Assembly (NCBI GenBank): GCA_016935435.1
Contig: JAFGQZ010000043.1
Span: 16,530-80,529 of the forward strand
DNA from: Bacteroidales bacterium
GTDB lineage: Bacteria > Bacteroidota > Bacteroidia > Bacteroidales > UBA10428
DNA: 64,000 nucleotides
Direction: 5' to 3'
In this document: positions 38,772 to 48,100 of the stretch, piece after piece
Layout of the letters: every line of letters begins with the position of its first letter
Numbering within the stretch: position 1 is the stretch's first letter
Program-made: the position numbers and the translations under genes
Notes under the pieces: model-generated
Seen by the model: the letters and a program-made list of their open reading frames with translations, nothing else
Database searches by the model: none
Told to the model about the DNA's origin: nothing

Positions 38772-41156
38772 CTACCTGCCAATGCCACCGCCTTTGGTGT
38801 CGCTTTCTATTTCCGACTTGCGTTCGGTTTTCTTAATGGCCCTTCCTTTGTTAAATTTATACGAATACATAAGCTGTATAAACCACGAAGCATCGAACGA
38901 CACCTTGTTCTCGGAATATATCTGAGGCGTTTCGGTAATGGTTTTGCTAAACACTACTTCATTCGACAGTGGCAACAAATAAAAAATACCGTATGAATGG
39001 TTTTTTATGTTTTGCTGGGCACCAAACCCATAAATCAGGGCCGAATAAAATTTGCTTTGTCCGCTAATGTTTACCCCGTTATAGTTTATAAAGGCAAAGG
39101 CATTAATTTTTGTCTTGAACACCGGGGCATACACAAAACTATTTAACCTGAAAGAGAAGTAGTCGTTTTCATCAATATGAGTCAATGAGTCGGTATAAGC
39201 ATTGTAGTGCCCCTGGTAAACACTTCCGTTAATATTAAACGACCATAGGGTGGTATTTAGCCCGAGGCCACGCTCGTAACCTGTAAGCACGTTCCCGGGC
39301 ATGTTGTATTTCACGTAATTATCGGACAAGGGCGAACTTTTTAGTACCGAAATATTTGCAATTTTATCGGAATAATATTCCTGGTAGATATATGGCGAAA
39401 AGTTTATCTTTTTGATATTCAGTGTGTAAGTCAACTGTAGCCGATCTTTTATTTCGGGTTCCAGGTTTTGGTTTCCCGAGCTCACCGAAAGGTCGTTTTC
39501 AAGTTTCTCAAACGGGTTAAGGTTGTATATATCCGGACGGTTAATCCGGCGGTTATAGGTAAACTTTAAGTTTTGTTTTGTTGAGAATTTATACATCAGG
39601 TTTGCCGAAGGAAGAAATGCTGAATACTGCGAAGGTATTTCCTTATTAATGTCAATCTGGCTGTTTTCAACGCGCAGGGTGGTTTGGGCCGAAAAATCCT
39701 TCAGGTTCCAGAAAAAGCTGGCATAGGCAGCATTTCTTATTTCAGAATAGATATAATTGTCCCTTGGAATGCTGTTGTATTCCGAATTGTAGTCCATGCC
39801 CTGCCAGTAAAACTGGTACCCGCCTTCGAGCCGCATTGAAACACCAATCGGTTGTACATAGTCGGCCTTTGTGCTGAAGTATTTTCTGTGGTTTACAGCT
39901 AGCTCATCACGTTCGTTCGAAAACATAAGGGTATCGGGGTTGCGGTGGTACAGGCCGAAAAAAAAGCTGTTGTTGTCGGTTGAGTTGAAGAAATAGTAGT
40001 TCGATTCCACTGTAAACTCCTGAATGGGCTTTTTATATTTTTTTCGGTAAAACAGAGAAATGTTCGATTCACCGCTATTTGACGATAAACTGTTTTCGCT
40101 GGCATTAGAAAAATTATGCAGGTTGTTTACCATGATATTGCCGGTATTAGCCAGTTCGTTTGACATTTGAAAAGGCTTATAGCTGTAATTAATGCTGATA
40201 TTGTTTTTTTCGTTATAATAGTAATCGAAACCAGTATTTATTGCAGATGCAGATATGCTAAAATCGCCATTTCCCCGGATGCTCACCGAAGAATCGACAA
40301 ATTCGGAGTTTCTCGGTATAGTTATTTGCTGATAATCGGTATTATTGCTGTTCAGGTTTTGTACAAAAGTATAACCCGACACGTAAAATGTTATTTTTTC
40401 GCGACCATAATCGAGGCTGGCCATGCTGCCCAGAGTAGCCTTGCCAACAGGCTTGGCCTGAACCCCGAAGTTGCCGTTGATACCTACACGGGCTTCCTTT
40501 TTCAGCACCACATTAATTACCCCTTCTATAGAGCCATCGTATTTGCCCGAAGGGTTATGGATAATTTCGACCGACTCTATATCGCCGGGCAATATGCGGG
40601 CAAGAAATTCTTTGTCGCGCTGCTTGCCATCGACCTGTATAATAAAATTGCTTTTGCCGTTTAGGGTAACATTATTGTTAAAATCGACCTGCACCGAAGG
40701 TATTTTTTTGAGCACATCGTACCCGTTTGTCGAAGTTTTTTCGATTTCGGGCAGTATTTCATAAACAGTGCGATCGACCAGCTCCTTGGCCCTTATCAGG
40801 TCGCCCTTGACCACAACATCATCAATTTGGTTTGTTCTTTCTGTTAAAAAAATGGTGTCGGCAATAACCACTGTCTGCCCTTCGTTAACCTCAATTGCTA
40901 TGCCTCCGCTATTATACCCCACAAACGACGATTTAATATAGTATTTACCGGGCTTGATATTATCGGCCGAATACTGTCCGTCGGGATACGATACTACCCC
41001 TTTGGCCATTACCGAATCGGGCAGGTTAAGAATTAGCACATTGGCAAACTCCACCGGCTTGTTGTCGGGCAAAGAAAACACGTATCCCTTTACAGACTGG
41101 GCATTGGCCAAACAGGAAAAGGAAAATGCAAGAATCAGAAATTGTATTTTTTTCAT
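38772..41156 (-). CDS. Outer-membrane beta-barrel / TonB-dependent receptor-like protein with an N-terminal carboxypeptidase-regulatory-like domain
   Basis: 794 aa; signal peptide, PVEFANV, IDDVVV, IESVEIIHNPSGKYD plug-like segment, RRINRP barrel motif. Confidence 0.8.
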   Translation of the reverse strand: MKKIQFLILAFSFSCLANAQSVKGYVFSLPDNKPVEFANVLILNLPDSVMAKGVVSYPDGQYSADNIKPGKYYIKSSFVGYNSGGIAIEVNEGQTVVIADTIFLTERTNQIDDVVVKGDLIRAKELVDRTVYEILPEIEKTSTNGYDVLKKIPSVQVDFNNNVTLNGKSNFIIQVDGKQRDKEFLARILPGDIESVEIIHNPSGKYDGSIEGVINVVLKKEARVGINGNFGVQAKPVGKATLGSMASLDYGREKITFYVSGYTFVQNLNSNNTDYQQITIPRNSEFVDSSVSIRGNGDFSISASAINTGFDYYYNEKNNISINYSYKPFQMSNELANTGNIMVNNLHNFSNASENSLSSNSGESNISLFYRKKYKKPIQEFTVESNYYFFNSTDNNSFFFGLYHRNPDTLMFSNERDELAVNHRKYFSTKADYVQPIGVSMRLEGGYQFYWQGMDYNSEYNSIPRDNYIYSEIRNAAYASFFWNLKDFSAQTTLRVENSQIDINKEIPSQYSAFLPSANLMYKFSTKQNLKFTYNRRINRPDIYNLNPFEKLENDLSVSSGNQNLEPEIKDRLQLTYTLNIKKINFSPYIYQEYYSDKIANISVLKSSPLSDNYVKYNMPGNVLTGYERGLGLNTTLWSFNINGSVYQGHYNAYTDSLTHIDENDYFSFRLNSFVYAPVFKTKINAFAFINYNGVNISGQSKFYSALIYGFGAQQNIKNHSYGIFYLLPLSNEVVFSKTITETPQIYSENKVSFDASWFIQLMYSYKFNKGRAIKKTERKSEIESDTKGGGIGR

Positions 41157-41192
41157 CGAAGGGAATAAAAATGATTTTCAAGAATAGAGATT

Positions 41193-41335
41193 CAATCGTT
41201 TAGTTAACAATATTTCCTCACGCGCACCCCTTAATCCCCTAAAGGGAACAGCGCGTTTGAGGTTCCCCTTCAGGGGATTAAGGGGTGAGTGTAAGGGTTT
41301 CATCTATTACTTTTTTTCTTAACTAAACCACATTG
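41193..41335. mobile_element. MITE copy 1 (143 bp) with IS4-like terminal inverted repeats
   Basis: Ends CAAT--CGTTTAGTTAA / TTAACTAAACCACATTG; exact 10-bp flanking duplication AATAGAGATT at 41183-41192 and 41336-41345; internal perfect 16-bp stem. Confidence 0.9.
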
Positions 41336-41396
41336 AATAGAGATTGCAAAAGCTATGTTCCGCACTTTTTGGACAGCCCAAACAACAGTAAACAGT

Positions 41397-42323
41397 TTAA
41401 GGCAATGCAACAATTTCGCTGTCGCTGTTTATTTCAATAGGTATTTGCATCGACATGCCCTGGGCGTTTACACTCATTTCGCCTTTCATTTGTTGCTTGC
41501 TTGTGCCTTTAATAACCCATCCCGTAGAGGTGTCAACAGTGATTTCCGATTTGCCTACACCGCGGATATCGGGAATAATTTCAGCCCCGTGCATGTTCAT
41601 AGGTTTGCGGCCCGATTCAATAACTAAGTCACCGGCAATTTTTGCCTGGTTCCCATCTATAGCAGAAAGCAGAAAAGCCGAGGAAACATTCATGTCCATA
41701 CCGCCTGATGAAATAAGCAGGTTGGTTTCCCACTTTTCGTCCTTTTTTATTTCTTTACCGGGCAGGTAAGCTGTAACCGACTCAATCATGCTCTTAATTG
41801 CTCCGGGCTGTACCATGTTTTTTGCCTGGGTTTTAATAATTTCGGCCATAGGTCCCTGTACCGAATCGATTCCCTGCAAAATACCAGCAGAAGCTGTCTC
41901 TAAGTTCATAATTTCAATAACATGTCCGGTACCAGCAAATTTGACCAGAAAAGTGCTGTTGCTCAGTCGGTTCATAATACATTCCATAACTTTCGATATA
42001 TCAGACGAATTCAAATCGCCGGGGCGCGAAGAGTTTATTTCCATCGGGGGCATGCTAACAAGGGTAATAATGGTATCGAACCGCACTTCGGCAATAAAAG
42101 CACCCTCAATATTTTTTAAGGGTTTTAAAGATAACACCACCGAATTATTGGTCTGGACCGACTGTTGCATGCCCTGCACAGTTTGGGTTGTGTTTTGTAC
42201 ACTGGTGTTTTTTACACGGTAGGATTTTTGAATCTCGAGATTGTACTTTAAATCGGCCTGGTTTTGGGCCGTAAGGCTAAAAACAGAGAATAGCGCAAGG
42301 GATAATACGATAAGGTTTTTCAT
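41397..42323 (-). CDS. Secreted beta-rich hypothetical protein (DUF6263-like)
   Basis: 308 aa; signal peptide; LKYNLE...Q.V.G.Q pattern, W..G beta motifs. Confidence 0.6.
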   Translation of the reverse strand: MKNLIVLSLALFSVFSLTAQNQADLKYNLEIQKSYRVKNTSVQNTTQTVQGMQQSVQTNNSVVLSLKPLKNIEGAFIAEVRFDTIITLVSMPPMEINSSRPGDLNSSDISKVMECIMNRLSNSTFLVKFAGTGHVIEIMNLETASAGILQGIDSVQGPMAEIIKTQAKNMVQPGAIKSMIESVTAYLPGKEIKKDEKWETNLLISSGGMDMNVSSAFLLSAIDGNQAKIAGDLVIESGRKPMNMHGAEIIPDIRGVGKSEITVDTSTGWVIKGTSKQQMKGEMSVNAQGMSMQIPIEINSDSEIVALP

Positions 42324-42557
42324 AATATATGTTGTTTTAGGATTAAACAGTTAAACCAAAAAAAAATAATAATTGAGCCTTTCAACGACTGTTTTCGACA
42401 GCCTTTTAAAGCCATATTTTCAGCAAGTGTCATACCTTGCAATACATCTATTGCCAGAAAAGGAGTTTATAAAACTTTCCATTAAACAGGCTATCGGGCA
42501 TTTATTGTACAAATATACTCAATAGCTTGAAAAACAAGCACGTTGCAGAAAAAAAAT

Positions 42558-43043
42558 CTACATCCGGTTTTGTCCTGGTTTTTTTTCGTGAATATAGCCA
42601 ATAATTCTTTGGACACACCCATCAAAGTCTTCTTTAAGCCCCTTTTCCCAAAAACGCATTACATGCCAGCCATTATCAATGAGTAATTGGTTGTTCTGCT
42701 TGTCGCGCTGCATGTTCCTTTCGATTTTTGGTACCCAGAAAGCACGGTTGGTTTGGATTTTTTCTTTCTTCTCCTGCCAGTTAAATCCATGCCAGAACTC
42801 ACCATCTACAAATATTGCCAGTTTGTATTTTGGATATACAATATCTGGCTTTCCGGGCAAAGAAGTTAAATTTTTTCTATACCGGTAACCAAGTGCCCAA
42901 AGCGCCCTTCTTAGCTTTAACTCTTGCTTTGTATTTTTAGACTTAATTTTTCGCATAAGCCCCGATCGCTGCTTTGTAGTGTAAAAGCCATTTTTTTCAT
43001 TAAACCTGGGCACAACTATATGATTGTCTGAATATTGCTTCAA
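42558..43043 (-). CDS. vsr: Very short patch repair endonuclease
   Basis: RSGLMRKIKSKNT, LPGKPDI, FVDGEFWHG, FWVPKIERNMQRD, GWHVMRFWE; adjacent to a C5 methyltransferase. Confidence 0.95.
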   Translation of the reverse strand: MKQYSDNHIVVPRFNEKNGFYTTKQRSGLMRKIKSKNTKQELKLRRALWALGYRYRKNLTSLPGKPDIVYPKYKLAIFVDGEFWHGFNWQEKKEKIQTNRAFWVPKIERNMQRDKQNNQLLIDNGWHVMRFWEKGLKEDFDGCVQRIIGYIHEKKPGQNRM

Positions 43044-43103
43044 AATTAATAATTGTTAATAATTAAAAGGCCAAATTAGGCTATTATGATTAATAAATAA
43101 AAC

Positions 43104-43144
43104 TAATTTTGTAACCATGTGTAATGTTGTTTAATGTGGTTACA
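43104..43144 (+). promoter_or_regulatory. MTase promoter with an overlapping inverted repeat (candidate autoregulatory operator)
   Basis: TAATTTTG at 43104-43111; TGTAACCA-N19-TGGTTACA at 43110-43144. Confidence 0.55.
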
Positions 43145-43146
43145 TA

Positions 43147-44379
43147 ATGGAAAAACTATATTCAATCTCGGAAGTTGCAGATTTACTTTCTGTTAGCAAA
43201 GAAACCCTGAGGCGCTGGGACAAAAGCGGGAAACTGACAGCAGTACGTGAGCCCATGAGTAATTATCGTGCTTATCGAAAGGATCAGCTTAAGATTTTTG
43301 AAAGCCTTGATTTTCTCTTTGCCCCAACAGAGGAAAATAATGAAACAATTGCAAACAGGGATTTTAACGCTATTGAATTATTTGCCGGGGCAGGCGGGCT
43401 GGCTATTGGGTTAGAAGAAGCAGGAATAAAGTGTTTGGCCCTGAATGAATTTGATCATTGGGCTTGCGAAACCCTTAGAAAAAACAAACCCAATTGGAAC
43501 GTTATTGAGGATGATGTTAAAAACATTTCATTTTCACAGCTAAACGGAAAAGTGGATATTGTAACCGGAGGCTTTCCTTGCCAGGCTTTTAGCTATGCCG
43601 GCAAAAAATTAGGGCTTAACGATGCACGGGGCACTTTGTTTTATGAATTTGCAAGGGTAGTGCAGGAGACAAACCCTGCAATTTTTATTGGGGAAAATGT
43701 GCGCGGTTTGCTCACACATGAAAATGGCAGGACGATAGAAGGCATGATTTCTATATTGGATGAAATTGGGTACAACGTAATAACCCCACGAATTTTTAAA
43801 ACAATCTTTTATAAAGTCCCGCAAAAAAGGGAAAGGGTTTTAATTGTTGGTGTAAGAAAAGATTTAAACCATCATTTGTTTGAATTCCCAAAACCCTATA
43901 AGAAAGTTTACACACTAAAAGATGCCTTAAAAAAAGGCGAATTGTATAATTGTGATGTTCCTGAATCGGCAGGCTCAAAATATCCCAAAAGCAAGAAAGA
44001 AGTGTTAGACCTGGTTCCTGAAGGAGGATATTGGAGAGATTTGCCCATTGAGATACAAAAGCGTTACATGGGAGGCAGTTACCATTTAGGAGGGGGCAAA
44101 ACTGGAATGGCAAGACGGATGAGCTGGGCAGAACCAAGCTTGACCCTCACTTGCAGCCCTGCCCAGAAACAAACAGAGCGTTGCCACCCGGAAGAAACAA
44201 GGCCCTTTACAGTAAGGGAATATGCAAGGATACAAACATTTCCCGACAGTTGGGTTTTTGCTGGCTCCGTATCGCAACAATACAAACAAATAGGCAATGC
44301 GGTGCCTGTTAATTTTGCTAAAGAAGTCGGATATTCAATTATTCGGTTCTTAAATAAGGTTTATCCTAAACAGAACTGA
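43147..44379 (+). CDS. dcm: Type II DNA (cytosine-5)-methyltransferase with an N-terminal MerR/excisionase-like HTH (Eco47II/Sau96I-like)
   Basis: SISEVADLLSVSKETLRRWD HTH; LFAGAGG, GGFPCQ, ENV, QKRER, QIGNAVP. Confidence 0.93.
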   Translation: MEKLYSISEVADLLSVSKETLRRWDKSGKLTAVREPMSNYRAYRKDQLKIFESLDFLFAPTEENNETIANRDFNAIELFAGAGGLAIGLEEAGIKCLALNEFDHWACETLRKNKPNWNVIEDDVKNISFSQLNGKVDIVTGGFPCQAFSYAGKKLGLNDARGTLFYEFARVVQETNPAIFIGENVRGLLTHENGRTIEGMISILDEIGYNVITPRIFKTIFYKVPQKRERVLIVGVRKDLNHHLFEFPKPYKKVYTLKDALKKGELYNCDVPESAGSKYPKSKKEVLDLVPEGGYWRDLPIEIQKRYMGGSYHLGGGKTGMARRMSWAEPSLTLTCSPAQKQTERCHPEETRPFTVREYARIQTFPDSWVFAGSVSQQYKQIGNAVPVNFAKEVGYSIIRFLNKVYPKQN

Positions 44380-44477
44380 TTTTTTCAGTTCAATAAATGA
44401 AATTCATATATAGAACAGGTTAAGGCTTAAAATATTTTTTATTTTTATGGTTTGTTTTCACATAAACCTTTAAGCCA

Positions 44478-45188
44478 ATGCCCTATTTAAATTGGATCCC
44501 AGATACAGGCCTGATTCATGAAGTAACACAATTGCTTTATATCGCTAAAAGCGCCCAAATATCGGCTATAAAGGAATTTGGCAAAAATGTAATTGACCCG
44601 TTTGCTGCCCTTTTTGAGATGTCGGGCTTTGAAATTGACTATACTACCTGGTTAAACAGCGAAACAACAAGACAGGCACAGAAAACACTACAAAACCATA
44701 TCGGCGACTTCCATCAAAACATACTTGGATATTCAAAAGACTGGACAAATAAGGGTGTAGGCAATATAATTGACTTGTTGTCGGATAAAAACAAGGTAAT
44801 AGCAGAAATTAAAAATAAATATAACACCATTTCGGGCGGAAAACTTTCCGATTTGTACTATTCCTTAGAAAAACAGGTAAGCCCAAAATCGAGCATTTAT
44901 AAGGGTTACACAGCATTTTATGTTGCAATTATACCTAAAAAGGGCGACCGGTACAATAAACCATTTACCCCTTCGGACAAGGACAAAGGCGAAAAATGCC
45001 CGGTAAATGAGCTCATCAGGGAAATTGACGGAGCAAGCTTTTACAGCCTGGTAACAGGTTCCGATACAGCTTTGGAAGATTTGTTCAACGTTTTGCCCGA
45101 TGTGGTAAAAGCATGTTCTGAGGATAAATATGTTATTAAAGACAAGAAAAAACTCAAAGAATTCTTTAACCTCGCCTATAAGCTTTAA
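44478..45188 (+). CDS. Type II restriction endonuclease, Eco47II family (predicted GGNCC)
   Basis: KNVIDPF, RQAQK...IGDFHQNI, IAEIKNKYNT; directly downstream of the C5 MTase. Confidence 0.8.
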   Translation: MPYLNWIPDTGLIHEVTQLLYIAKSAQISAIKEFGKNVIDPFAALFEMSGFEIDYTTWLNSETTRQAQKTLQNHIGDFHQNILGYSKDWTNKGVGNIIDLLSDKNKVIAEIKNKYNTISGGKLSDLYYSLEKQVSPKSSIYKGYTAFYVAIIPKKGDRYNKPFTPSDKDKGEKCPVNELIREIDGASFYSLVTGSDTALEDLFNVLPDVVKACSEDKYVIKDKKKLKEFFNLAYKL

Positions 45189-45189
45189 T

Positions 45190-48100
45190 TTAATCCCATA
45201 CCTCAACCACCTTCATGTTGGTATTAGCATTCACTACCGGTACATACATTAACGAAACCTGTGCCGGGTTCAGGTGATATTTGCCTGTAAAACGGGGCAA
45301 TAGGTTAACCTGGAAAATGTATTTGCCGGTTTTCATATTTTCGCAGAACAGTACTGTGCGGTCGCTGAAATATTCGCGATGGGTTTCTACACTGTTTTGT
45401 GCCTGTCGCTTGTCGGCATAGCTGCATGCCCCGGGTATGGGCACTTCTATCATAACATGCTCGGCGCCTGCATCTTTAATAACTTCCACCTCAATATTAA
45501 GCACAACGGGTTCTCCGGCTTTTAGCTTGTTGCTTCCCGAAAGAAAGGAAGTATGTATTTTAAACCCTTCAACCCCGGTTTTTGCCTGTGTAACCCTTTC
45601 GTTGGTGTACTGAACGAAATAGAGCGGAACGCCACTGCTTTTATACACACTTAGTTTCTCCTTTTCTTTCAGAACCATGCGAAAAGGGAATTCCGATACT
45701 GTTTTGTTTTCTTTTCCAGCAAGGGCTACAGTCGCTACCTGTCTTTTTGACGATCGCCCGGCAATTATGTCGGGCAAGATACATTGAATTATATTGGCCG
45801 ACTGGTATGTGTTCCATGTACCATTTTTTCGCTGGCCCAGGAAATACAGCTGCATGGAAGCGCGCAAACCATGCAGGAGAGTGTCGTTCTTTATTAACCG
45901 GTAGGCAGCTGCATTGGCCAAAAGTGTATTGTTGTGCCAATATGCCGATGGCTTGTTGTCGGAGAAAAAGATTTCGCCTAATATCCCTTCTTTTCTGTAT
46001 TTCAGAAGGCTGTCGCGTTCATAACCGTTCGCGGTTATCTGCCGTATTTCCTGCAGCATTAATTTCTCGGTAAGCAAAGAATACCTGTATTCATATTTTT
46101 GGCCATACGCATCGGAGAAAAATTCCTTTTCCAAAAGAAGCGAGTCCATCACCTGCAGATACTCGCCATAGTCTATTGCAGCGCCCCAGGTGGCCAATGA
46201 ATGAAGCAAATCGATATCGTAAATCGAGAACGATTTCAGGAAATCGAACTGGTAAGTCGCTTTCCGGGCAATGTTTTCGATGTTCAGAGGGACATCGTAA
46301 CCGGCATCTTTGGCACATTTTAATGCCCGGAGAATATGGGCTGACATCCAATGCGAAGTATTGCCCGTAACATTCCACCACGACCATAAAAACTCCCGGT
46401 TCTGGTTTTTCAGCAAGCGTTTAACAATATCGTTCACGTTTTTGTCGTATTTAAACGCCTTGCCTTCGTATTGCATCAAAAGCTTATAATTAATTAAGCC
46501 TACGAGTTTTGAGGCAAGCTGTTCGTTACAATCGTAACGGTAATGAAGCAGGTTATATGCCTCCCCTGCATAAATATCGAGCTGGCTGCTCAATATTTCA
46601 ACAGTAAGTGTTGTGTTTTCAGGTGCTTCGATATGCAGGCTGTCGCCATTTTGCAATACAGAAAGCGAACCTTCGGCCCTTTCGGTGCCCTGCTCAATTA
46701 CCCTGACGGTGCGTTCTTCGCCATCGGTATAGCCATCGTTGCGGGTAAATACATAACGTGTGGTAATTGAGTCGGCAGTTGCTGCATAAACCGGCAGTTT
46801 ATCGGTGCGATACTGCCCGAAAGCAACATTTCGAACAAAAGCATTGCCTGTACCGCTCCAGTTTACCGTTCCGGAAATTGTGCTGTCGGTAGTATAGTTT
46901 AACAATTTCCCCAGGAAAAAGGCCGAATCGCCCCTTGCAAGGAAGTTAGGAACATGGAGTTCTGCCATAAGTGGCTTGTACGATTTTATGGTCTTGCGTG
47001 CCGTGCCGGTATGAAGGTTGCGGTTCATGGCGTAAACTAAAGCGTCCCAGCGGGTAATATCATCGGGAAAGGTTACTGTAAATTTCGATTCGCCTTTTCT
47101 GTCGGTATATAAGCGTGGCTCCCAAAAGCCTACATCGGAAAACGACGATCGGATACTTTTTAGGTTCAGCAGTTCCTGGTAAAGCCTGTTTTCGGCATCG
47201 GTATCGGTTATATCTGTTGTTTTAGTTTCTTCATCCATTATGTCGGGAGCAATGCTGCTTTCGCCACTAACCCTCGAAACGGCTCCTGTTAGCATACTTT
47301 TATGTTGTACGCCATAACCGATTACAACAACCTCTTCGAGGGCAGAAATGTCGGGGGTCATCGACAACATTACTTCAGAACCTGCCGAAACTTCAATTTC
47401 TTCCATTAAATAACCGATAAAAGAAACCACCAGGGTTGCCGTAAAATCATCAATTTGCAGCGAGAAGCGGCCATCGATGTCGGTAATTGTTCCTTTCTGT
47501 GTCCCTTTTATTACAATACATGCTCCCGGCAGGGGATCATTGTTCTCATCGAAAATAATGCCGCGTATATTTCCCGGGCTGCTTGCCTGGATATATTCGT
47601 ACCTTGGCGAGGGTTTATTATCTGTGGCGTTACTGTAACAATTGTAATTTCGCCCCGGAAGGTTGAGCACCAATCGCGATGAAAACGTATCGGGCCGACA
47701 AATGGGCAAATAACCAAAGTCGGCAACCAGGGTTGAATGCCTGCTTATATCTACACTGTCCATTTGCAAATATGTGCCATTGTTGTATAAAACAATAATT
47801 CTGTAAAAACCCCGGGGCAAGGCGAAAAATTCGAGTTTGCTTTGATACTGGTTGTCGAAACAGGGCGACAGTATTGCTTTGCTCTCACAATTTTGAAAAT
47901 ACAGGTTGAATACCCCTTTGCCGGTAACCTCTTGGGGCAGTATAATTTTTATTCTCGATTCCGGGGCCACAATATCGATGGTTTGTGGCTGCCATATAAT
48001 GCCACCTGAAGCTTGCCGTTCAAGAAAGCGTTTTTTGTTCATAACCCGGTCGTTCACATTCAGCATGGGGTTGAATGGTTTGCCATCCAAATACCCAGGC

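Noticed and set aside
41193-43043. Vsr as the mobiliser of the nearby palindromic MITE
   Set aside because: vsr is fully explained by the adjacent C5 methyltransferase, and TIRs with 10-bp duplications point to a DDE transposase instead
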